Source: Eubacteriales bacterium (GTDB lineage: Bacteria > Bacillota > Clostridia > Oscillospirales > CAG-272). Taken from it: DNA of 64,000 nt. Below are positions 39,875-46,819 of the stretch, one piece after another. Positions within the stretch are counted from its first letter, which is position 1, and each line of letters begins with the position of its first letter. The DNA lies in the NCBI GenBank assembly GCA_045645205.1, contig JAZRIJ010000078.1, positions 949-64,948 on the forward strand, written 5' to 3'. The notes under the pieces were generated by a model. It saw nothing but the letters and a program-made list of their open reading frames with translations, did no database searches and was not told the DNA's origin. Position numbers and translations under genes: made by a program.

Positions 39875-40103
39875 GTCATCCTGAGCGTAGGCACATCATC
39901 TCTATTGTCATCCTGAGCGGAGAGGGCAACGCCCTCGCAGTCGAAGGACCTCATAAATGTCTGCAAAAATCTAATGGGATTTTTCGACTCGCCTTAAAAT
40001 TTTGCAGAAAACATTAGTTTGCGCAGGCTCGCTCAAAATGACCAACCTATGCTCGTCATCCTGAGCGAAAGCGGTTTATGCCGCCGCAGTCGAAGGATCT
40101 CAT
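39875..40103 (-). repeat. Intergenic repeat family A, composite copy (inverted; A1-A2-A1 plus an extra A1 core)
   Basis: Reverse complement of the architecture at 11705-11925. Confidence 0.9.
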
Positions 40104-40409
40104 AACCACTATGCACAAATAATAACATAGCGCAAACTTCGTCTTGCCTCCATCTGACGAGGGAGGTGGCATTTTGCAGTAGCGAAATGACGGAGGGAGA
40201 GAAAAGCAAACACTTTGCACAAACAAAAAAATTTTTTATGTGAATTTTCATAATTAAACATATCCACGCGCCTTGTTCCGTCGCCTTTAATCCGAAAAGC
40301 AAAAAACGCTGTCTGCAAACACCCAAAAGGCAAAAAACCATTCTGAACCTCAGGCATAGAATAATATCAGGGTAAAGAACAATCCGCTTTCCCCGAAAGG
40401 AGGTTCCGT

Positions 40410-40541
40410 ATGAATTGCTTGTGCAACCTTTTTGACTGTGAAAACATCTGGGTTATCATCGCTATCTGCCTTGTGCTCTTCTTCCTTTGCAACTGTGGAG
40501 GCGGTTGCGGTTGCGGCTGTGGCTGTGGCTGCGGTAACTAA
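40410..40541 (+). CDS. 43-aa Cys/Gly-rich small membrane peptide (below ORF-track cutoff)
   Basis: AAAGGAGG RBS 6 nt upstream. Translation is MNCLCNLFDCENIWVIIAICLVLFFLCNCGGGCGCGCGCGCGN. A very strong terminator follows. Confidence 0.65.
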   Translation: MNCLCNLFDCENIWVIIAICLVLFFLCNCGGGCGCGCGCGCGN

Positions 40542-40550
40542 TATATAAAA

Positions 40551-40590
40551 AAACAAGTTTTCCTGCAAATGCGGGAAAACTTGTTTTTTT
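40551..40590 (+). terminator. Intrinsic terminator
   Basis: 13-bp stem aaacaagttttcc / ggaaaacttgttt followed by a T-run. Confidence 0.85.
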
Positions 40591-40625
40591 ACGACAATTA
40601 TTCATTATTAATCAACGAAGGAAAT

Positions 40626-40690
40626 GGATTCGAACCGGTGCGCTCGCCCCAGTCGCATAGTCGTCTCGTCTGCTCGGTTAAACCTCTCAT
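40626..40690 (-). other. tRNA-like fragment (truncated within T-arm)
   Basis: The minus strand reads ..gagaggtttaaccgagcagacgagacgac...gcaccGGTTCGAATCC and then loses complementarity. There is no acceptor 3' strand. Confidence 0.3.
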
Positions 40691-40696
40691 TTTTTA

Positions 40697-40849
40697 GTGA
40701 AATCGTTCGCTTTCGCTCACGGTGAAATAATTTACTGCGTAAATTGTGAAATTTGATGCTAACGCATCAAGTGAAATGAAATAAATCCACTCACGCCCGC
40801 AGGCATTTCACATTGCGAAGCAATATTTCACGCACGAAGTGCATTTCAC
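40697..40849 (+). repeat. Heptamer/hairpin ladder: 4x GTGAAAT then 3x ATTTCAC, interleaved with mini-hairpins
   Basis: GTGAAAT at 40697, 40722, 40746 and 40771. ATTTCAC at 40805, 40825 and 40843. Several spacers are palindromes: aatttac/gtaaatt, ttgatgc/gcatcaa, attgc/gcaat, gcac/gtgc, aaatcc/ggattt. Confidence 0.85.
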
Positions 40850-40876
40850 AAATCCCGCCAAGGATTTATTTCGTTG

Positions 40877-40908
40877 AAAAAACGACAGGTCAAACCTGTC
40901 GTTTTTTC
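40877..40908 (+). terminator. Bidirectional intrinsic terminator
   Basis: aaaaaACGACAGGtcaaaCCTGTCGTtttttt. Confidence 0.75.
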
Positions 40909-41044
40909 TGGTGCGGGTGTTCATAACGGACTTGATTAAAAAGTATTGAATATCCGGCAGAAACACACATATTTTTTACTCACACATTTGTGTATTTCAA
41001 GGTTTCTTCGTAAAATAAAATTACAGAAACGAGGAAACAAGATT

Positions 41045-41344
41045 ATGTCAAAATTTATTGAAGAATTCTATTACGGTAACATTGATCCCCAAGCACGAAG
41101 CACTAAGCAGAACAAAACAGTTCAAAAGCAGATGGAAGTCCTAATGCTCAACGAGGAATTTCTAACTGAAGCACTCACGGGTGAAAACAAAAAGAAATTT
41201 CTTGATTTTGTCAATGCTTGGAGTATCGTCAACGGAGAATCGAATCTCGACAGTTTTATTATGGGATTTCGATTGGGAGCTAACTTTGCATACGATACTT
41301 TTGTATCAACTGAAGCACCGTTTAAGGATTTACTGAAGGAGTGA
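41045..41344 (+). CDS. Hypothetical small protein of mobile element
   Basis: Start moved to ATG 41045 (MSKFIEEFYYGNIDPQ...). This N-terminus recurs in Clostridial transposon-borne small genes, as far as I recall. Confidence 0.55.
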   Translation: MSKFIEEFYYGNIDPQARSTKQNKTVQKQMEVLMLNEEFLTEALTGENKKKFLDFVNAWSIVNGESNLDSFIMGFRLGANFAYDTFVSTEAPFKDLLKE

Positions 41345-41349
41345 AAGAT

Positions 41350-41532
41350 ATGTCAAAGAAGTATTACATAGCTCTTGATGATTATGAAAGAGGAACGATT
41401 ATCAACTGCCTTAATGAAAAGCGAAACAAACTTATTGCAAACGGCAAATATACCGATGCAGTTGATGAAGTGTTACTCAAAATCCTTAATGCAAAACAAA
41501 AGAAATTCAAAGCGGTTTACAAGGAGACTTAA
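41350..41532 (+). CDS. Hypothetical small protein of mobile element
   Basis: AAGGAG RBS and ATG at 41350 (MSKKYYIALDDYERGTIINCLNEKRN...). Confidence 0.5.
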   Translation: MSKKYYIALDDYERGTIINCLNEKRNKLIANGKYTDAVDEVLLKILNAKQKKFKAVYKET

Positions 41533-41534
41533 TT

Positions 41535-41912
41535 ATGGAAAAGCGTATTTACAACGAACAGACGGGTATCGGTTACACTCTGCAAGGTGATTATTACTTG
41601 CCTGATCTGAAACTCCCCGAACAAGAAGATAAGCCTATCGGCTTGTAGGGACAACGACATCTTAGATACATAAAGCAGCATAGGAAAATCCTTTACATTA
41701 ATCTGCTGACAAGCGGTAAATTGAATGACCACCTTACTGACATTGACAAACAGGCTGAGGATATGTTTTTTCGGCTCGTAAAACAGATGGCAGAATGCGA
41801 GGGTGTGACCGAACAACTCAAAGCCGACAATCAAATGGAGTGGGTTGTTCGGATGAATAACATCCGCAGCAGAGCCACAGAAATCGTAAATAATGATATA
41901 ATTTACAACTAA
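41535..41912 (+). pseudogene. tnpV-like gene interrupted by in-frame TAG
   Basis: Translation is MEKRIYNEQTGIGYTLQGDYYLPDLKLPEQEDKPIGL*GQRHLRYIKQHRKILYINLLTSGKLNDHL...QLKADNQMEWVVRMNNIRSRATEIVNNDIIYN. The TAG is at 41646-41648. The ORF track shows only the distal 63 aa. Confidence 0.7.
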
Positions 41913-42014
41913 CCGAAGCATGGCGGCAGGGAGAAATCTCTGCCGCCACTAAACTTTTTATAGAGCAATAAAAAAGTTTACAATCTTTTTTGAAAATGGT
42001 ATTGCTATTATTCG

Positions 42015-42062
42015 AGTTTTAGAATATAATATTATACAAGTTTTAGAATATAATATTATACA
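42015..42062 (+). promoter_or_regulatory. Tandem 24-bp repeat upstream of R-M operon (candidate operator/promoter)
   Basis: agttttagaatataatattataca occurs twice, perfectly. Each copy holds the palindrome tataatattata and a TATAAT. It lies 32 nt before the HTH-methylase start. Confidence 0.55.
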
Positions 42063-42093
42063 AGTACGAACTCAATGTATTCAGGAGGTTGTT

Positions 42094-43164
42094 ATGGAAT
42101 TTATGTCTGCAAGAGAAGCCGCTGATAAGTGGGGCATATCTCAAAGAAGAGTAGCAGTTTTGTGTTCAGAGCAAAGAATTGCTGAAGCGACTATGGTGGG
42201 TAATATGTGGATTATACCTACTTCGGCAGAAAAACCGATAGATGCAAGAAGTACACGATACAACAAAAGTGAAGAAAAAGCTGTCAAACCGTTCTTGAAA
42301 TGGGCAGGTGGTAAAGGTCAGCTCCTTAAAGAAATTGAACGCTATTATCCTTTTGCAGATGGTCATATTACAAAATATGCTGAGCCATTTGTAGGAGGCG
42401 GTGCTGTTTTATTTGACATACTTAGCAAATACGATTTAGAAGAAGTTTATATTAGCGATATTAATGCTGAACTTATTAATACGTATCGCATTATTCGTGA
42501 TGATATTAATGCACTGATAGAAATGCTTTACGCTATGCAGAATGATTTTATTCCGTTAGATACGGAAGAACGCAAAGCATATTATATGGAAAAGCGTGAG
42601 AATTTTAACGACTTAAAAGTCAATGGAAACGAGAATATCAATATTGAAAAAGCGGCATTGATGATTTTTCTTAATAAAACCTGTTTTAATGGTCTGTTCC
42701 GTGTAAATAAAAAAGGTTTGTTTAATGTTCCTATGGGAGCATATAAGAATCCTATGATTTGTGATGAAAACAACCTCAGAGCAGTATCCGAGAAATTGCA
42801 GAGAGTTACTATTGTATGTGGAGATTACAGAGAGTCGGCTGACTTTATTGACGAAAATACATTTGTTTATTTTGATCCTCCATACAGACCTATTACCGAT
42901 ACAGCAAGTTTTACTGCATATACCGAGAACTTGTTTAATGACGAGGAACAAATTGAACTTGCACGATTTGTTGATGATATGCATAGAAAAGGTGCAAAAG
43001 TCGTTATTAGTAATTCCGATCCAAAGAACTCAAATACAGAAGATGATTTCTTTGATAACATTTATTCAGCTCATAAAATCAAACGAGTTGAAGCAACACG
43101 AATGATTAACTGCCAAGCGCAAGCAAGAGGAAAAATTAAAGAGTTGCTTATTAGCAATTTTTAA
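42094..43164 (+). CDS. Dam-family (D12 class) N6-adenine DNA methyltransferase with N-terminal HTH domain
   Basis: Has the KWAGGKGQLL and FVYFDPPY motifs. The first ~50 aa form an HTH (AREAADKWGISQRRVAVLCSEQRI). Confidence 0.9.
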   Translation: MEFMSAREAADKWGISQRRVAVLCSEQRIAEATMVGNMWIIPTSAEKPIDARSTRYNKSEEKAVKPFLKWAGGKGQLLKEIERYYPFADGHITKYAEPFVGGGAVLFDILSKYDLEEVYISDINAELINTYRIIRDDINALIEMLYAMQNDFIPLDTEERKAYYMEKRENFNDLKVNGNENINIEKAALMIFLNKTCFNGLFRVNKKGLFNVPMGAYKNPMICDENNLRAVSEKLQRVTIVCGDYRESADFIDENTFVYFDPPYRPITDTASFTAYTENLFNDEEQIELARFVDDMHRKGAKVVISNSDPKNSNTEDDFFDNIYSAHKIKRVEATRMINCQAQARGKIKELLISNF

Positions 43165-43175
43165 GGAGAATTGAT

Positions 43176-43712
43176 ATGGATATTAGAGAAGGTACTCAGC
43201 TTATAGAAAATGGCACGAAAAAGGCAATTATAGAATTTGTGTTCACCGATTATATTATTTATGTTTTTCAAGGAAATTTATCTCAGTTTGATATTGTAAT
43301 TAAATACAAAAAAGACGGAAAACGCATTAGAACGCCGAAGCATATCCATTGGGTAGTAGATATTTTGATGAAAATGCAAGGGAATGAAGAACTTGCAAAG
43401 AAGTATCTTTTAGCTATACAAAACTGTTGGAATACTTGTGTTCCTCTTTCAAACAACGACTTTGAAACATTGAAGGGTTTAATTGAAAATGGCGAAAAAG
43501 ATATTGAAATAGAACAGTATTTTGATCTGAATGCCTTTGGTGAATACGATGTTGAATTTCTGTATGTTTTAATGGAATTGTTAGCAGTGCAAGAAAAGAC
43601 TAATAGAGCAGATGCCTATATGTTTGGTAAAATCATAGAGGAATTGCTTGAAGCTGACAGAGATATTTTCAAAATTATCTCTACGGCCGGATTTGGTGGA
43701 AGAAGGGGTTAA
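43176..43712 (+). CDS. Hypothetical protein embedded in R-M operon
   Basis: 178 aa with an AAGGAGA RBS. Gaps to its neighbours are 11 nt and 1 nt. I recognise no motif. Confidence 0.6.
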   Translation: MDIREGTQLIENGTKKAIIEFVFTDYIIYVFQGNLSQFDIVIKYKKDGKRIRTPKHIHWVVDILMKMQGNEELAKKYLLAIQNCWNTCVPLSNNDFETLKGLIENGEKDIEIEQYFDLNAFGEYDVEFLYVLMELLAVQEKTNRADAYMFGKIIEELLEADRDIFKIISTAGFGGRRG

Positions 43713-43713
43713 T

Positions 43714-44595
43714 ATGTCAAATAGAGATTTTAATGCGTGGTTATCAAGCTTTCGTGATAGTATCGCAGATTATGGTTATTACATAGATTTTGAAAAGGTT
43801 CACAGAAACGTCGATAATATCAAGGTCGAACTTAATATCTTAAATTCTCTCATCGGCTCTAAAAATATTGAGGCTGATTTTGAGAATTTGCTGAGAAAAT
43901 ATCCTGAAGTATTGAAGTGTATCCCTCTACTCTTAGCAGTTAGAGCAAATGAAATATACTGTCAGGATGAAAATGGTGGGCATTTATTCCAATTTGATTT
44001 TGGAAAGTATCCGCCGAACAGTCACGCTCATTACGAAAGATACAAATATTTTATGCGGGAAACCGGATTGTTTGATTTGTTAGAAAATCATATCGTGAAT
44101 AATTTGGTTGACTATGTAACGGGCGTTGAAACAGGTCTTGATTCCAACGGCCGCAAGAATCGTGGCGGTCACCTTATGGAAGATTTGGTCGAGAGCTTTA
44201 TTCAAAAAGCAGGTTTCTTAAAAGGTGTTAATTACTTCAAGGAAATGTATATACACCAAATTACAGACAAATGGAACATAGATTTATCCGCTATTTCCAA
44301 CCAAGGCAAGATGGAAAAACGCTTTGATTTTGTCGTTAATACACCAAATATGATCTACGGTATTGAAACTAACTTCTATGGAAGCGGCGGTAGTAAGTTG
44401 AACGAAACTGCACGAAGTTATAAAACTCTTGCGTGGGAAACTGAAGAAATCGACGGTTTTACATTCGTTTGGTTTACCGATGGAAAAGGATGGACAAGTG
44501 CACGAAACAACCTCGAAGAAACTTTTGATGTTATGCAGCACATCTACAACATTAAGGATTTGGAAGATGGTGTAATTAGCGAGGTTTTTAAATAA
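43714..44595 (+). CDS. Type II restriction endonuclease, DpnII/MboI family (predicted GATC)
   Basis: The blocks NLVDYVTGVETGLDSNGRKNRGG, ETNFYGSGGSKLNETARSY and FVWFTDGKGW match conserved blocks of R.DpnII/R.MboI. I place the start at ATG 43714 after a GAAGGGG RBS. Confidence 0.85.
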   Translation: MSNRDFNAWLSSFRDSIADYGYYIDFEKVHRNVDNIKVELNILNSLIGSKNIEADFENLLRKYPEVLKCIPLLLAVRANEIYCQDENGGHLFQFDFGKYPPNSHAHYERYKYFMRETGLFDLLENHIVNNLVDYVTGVETGLDSNGRKNRGGHLMEDLVESFIQKAGFLKGVNYFKEMYIHQITDKWNIDLSAISNQGKMEKRFDFVVNTPNMIYGIETNFYGSGGSKLNETARSYKTLAWETEEIDGFTFVWFTDGKGWTSARNNLEETFDVMQHIYNIKDLEDGVISEVFK

Positions 44596-45341
44596 TGGCA
44601 AAGAAAATAACAAAATGGGAGCCGGAAGATTTTGAGTTAGAAATGACTACACATTGGTCTTTTCCAAAACGTGGTGATTGGGCGACACACGATGCGAAAT
44701 GGCGTGGTAATTGGTCGCCATATATCCCTCGAAACATTCTGCTCCGCTATTCAAAAGAGAACGATTTGGTTCTCGATCAGTTTGCGGGTGGTGGTACTAC
44801 CCTTGTAGAAGCGAAATTACTAAACAGAAACATTATCGGTGTAGATGTTAATGATGTTGCTCTTGCTCGTTGTAAAGAAAAAACTGCATTTGAACACGAA
44901 GGTGCAAACGGTAAAGTGTATCTTCATAAGGGTGATGCACGAAATCTTGATTTCGTGCCAGATAATAGCATTGATTTGATCTGTACCCACCCACCTTATG
45001 CTGATATTATTCAATACAGCGAATATATTCCTGAAGATTTATCTTTGTTAAAGGTAAAAGATTTTCTTGAGGAAATGAAAAAGGTTGCTTCAGAGAGCTA
45101 CCGTGTTTTAAAAAAGGACAAGTTCTGTGCAGTTCTTATGGGTGATACACGCCAAAAAGGTCATATGATACCGATGTCATTTAATGTAATGCATATATTT
45201 GAAGAAGCAGGTTTTAAGTTGAAAGAACTGATTATCAAAGAACAACATAATTGTAAGGCAACAGGATATTGGAAAACCAATAGTGTAAAATATAATTTTT
45301 TGCTTATAGCACACGAGTATTTGTTCGTGTTTAGAAAATAG
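44595..45341 (+). CDS. Second DNA methyltransferase (N6A/N4C amino-MTase family)
   Basis: AdoMet motif VLDQFAGGGTT and catalytic THPPY. Its position equals the second MTase of MboI/DpnII-type cassettes. Its start overlaps the upstream stop (TAATG). Confidence 0.75.
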   Translation: MAKKITKWEPEDFELEMTTHWSFPKRGDWATHDAKWRGNWSPYIPRNILLRYSKENDLVLDQFAGGGTTLVEAKLLNRNIIGVDVNDVALARCKEKTAFEHEGANGKVYLHKGDARNLDFVPDNSIDLICTHPPYADIIQYSEYIPEDLSLLKVKDFLEEMKKVASESYRVLKKDKFCAVLMGDTRQKGHMIPMSFNVMHIFEEAGFKLKELIIKEQHNCKATGYWKTNSVKYNFLLIAHEYLFVFRK

Positions 45342-45351
45342 GAGGGTTAAA

Positions 45352-46797
45352 ATGAGAGAGTACGAATATAAGGTTATATCAATCAACGAACTATATGTAA
45401 ATCCTGAAAACTATAGATATATAAACGATGCGGATGATGAAATAGATGCAATAATTTGTATGTTCAATGTTGTTACTGGCGCACCAACAAAAGAAATGTT
45501 AAACTTATCAAAGGATATTGTTGAAGATGGTTTAAACCCTTTTGAAATGCCTATCGTTTGCTTTGATGATGATTTAAAAAAATATGTTGTGTACGAAGGC
45601 AATAGGCGTGTCACCTGTATAAAATTGATGACACAATACAAGAATAACGACAGAATATTGGAAAAAGTGTCGTTTGTAAGCGAAATATATAAACTTGAAT
45701 GCAGCATCAATGAAATCCAATGTGTTGTTTATAATAAAGCTGATGATGCAAAACACTTTTTATATAAAATTCATCAAGATGTTAATGGTGGTATTGGGCG
45801 TAAACAATGGGATTACCAAGCAAAAATGAAAGCGGAGGCTGCTATAGGAAATAAAAGTAGAGCGTACTCTATAGTAGAGTTTTTGAAAGAAAATCCCAAG
45901 ACAGATACATCATTGGTAAAAGCGATGGATACAAATCGCTGGATATCAAAATTAGAAAGAGTAGTAGGCTTTGCCAAATTTAAAGAAGTATACAACATAA
46001 CGTTTGATTCTAGCAATTCCATAGTATATAAAGATACAGAAGAGCAAGTATTACTAATGCTATCAAAACTAGTATCTGATTTAATATGCAATTCTGCTAC
46101 CGACAATTTTAGATTCAAAAAAGATTTTGATAATTATGTAGGCAACCTTGCAGATGAATTTAAAACACAAGTTAAGGAAACACCTACCAATCAAGAACAA
46201 TCTGTCACATATGTATCTAAAAATAAGGAAAACGACAGAAAGGTATCTACACAAGATATTCAATCAGAAAATGATACCAATAACAGCAACAATGAATCTG
46301 TAGTTGATGAACTTCCGGCAACCGGCGAGCCTCGTCGCTTAACGAGAAAAACCTTAATTGAAAAAGCTGCTTTGCAACTTGGCAAAAAATATGCAGATGC
46401 TGACTATGAATGTTTGAATGAAAAAGGTAAGCAAATATTACTTGAATTAGAATCTCTAAACATTAAAGAATTTCCGTTTGCATCGGCTGCGTTATGCAGA
46501 GCTTTATTGGAATGTGTTTTGAAACTATGGATTGATGCTGAAGGCGGGGTTTCTTTCAATTCTAATACTTTGCCCAGTACATATAATGGATGTCTAAATG
46601 TTCTTAGAACAAAGAATATTATAGATAATAAAGAACATAGCGTATTGAAAGCACAAGTAAATAAAGAGGACTATATCACTTTGTTAAATACTTGGATTCA
46701 TTCAGATACAAGTGCTTGCGTTTCTGAAACCAATCTCGTTAGCGGATGGAAAAACACAAGACTGTTAATTGAGAAATATATAGATACCCATAAATAG
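45352..46797 (+). CDS. ParB/Srx N-terminal-domain protein with long unknown C-terminal region
   Basis: The N-terminus ...ISINELYVNPENYRY... and the VYEGNRRVTCIKL box (GxRR) indicate a ParB-like fold. The middle is a low-complexity Asn/Ser/Thr linker. The C-terminal ~150 aa is helical. Confidence 0.65.
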   Translation: MREYEYKVISINELYVNPENYRYINDADDEIDAIICMFNVVTGAPTKEMLNLSKDIVEDGLNPFEMPIVCFDDDLKKYVVYEGNRRVTCIKLMTQYKNNDRILEKVSFVSEIYKLECSINEIQCVVYNKADDAKHFLYKIHQDVNGGIGRKQWDYQAKMKAEAAIGNKSRAYSIVEFLKENPKTDTSLVKAMDTNRWISKLERVVGFAKFKEVYNITFDSSNSIVYKDTEEQVLLMLSKLVSDLICNSATDNFRFKKDFDNYVGNLADEFKTQVKETPTNQEQSVTYVSKNKENDRKVSTQDIQSENDTNNSNNESVVDELPATGEPRRLTRKTLIEKAALQLGKKYADADYECLNEKGKQILLELESLNIKEFPFASAALCRALLECVLKLWIDAEGGVSFNSNTLPSTYNGCLNVLRTKNIIDNKEHSVLKAQVNKEDYITLLNTWIHSDTSACVSETNLVSGWKNTRLLIEKYIDTHK

Positions 46798-46819
46798 TGA
46801 AATGAGATGGAATGTATAA

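Noticed and set aside
40350-40568. 72-aa minus-strand ORF (…TAATATAATATAST…).
   Set aside because: It has no RBS. It is antisense to a well-formed small gene with an RBS and terminator. Its Ala/Thr repeat is just the complement of the (TGC GGC)n tract.
40697-40849. Could the regularly spaced repeats be a CRISPR array?
   Set aside because: The repeat is only 7 nt, the period is 18-25 nt, the spacers are palindromic, and the orientation flips midway. No cas genes are present in the window.
40909-40930. tggtgcgggtg at the left island edge read as the 3' end of a tRNA. This would imply direct-repeat att sites of the tyrosine-integrase type.
   Set aside because: No T-arm or other tRNA features follow it. 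The similarity to the right end is inverted, not direct. The island encodes a serine recombinase, not a tyrosine recombinase.
41529-41921. 130-aa minus-strand ORF.
   Set aside because: It is antisense to the recognisable tnpV-like reading frame and has no RBS.
43648-43713. Upstream start for the DpnII-family endonuclease, overlapping the 178-aa gene by 65 nt.
   Set aside because: ATG 43714 follows a GAAGGGG RBS directly after the upstream stop. DpnII-family proteins begin near this point.
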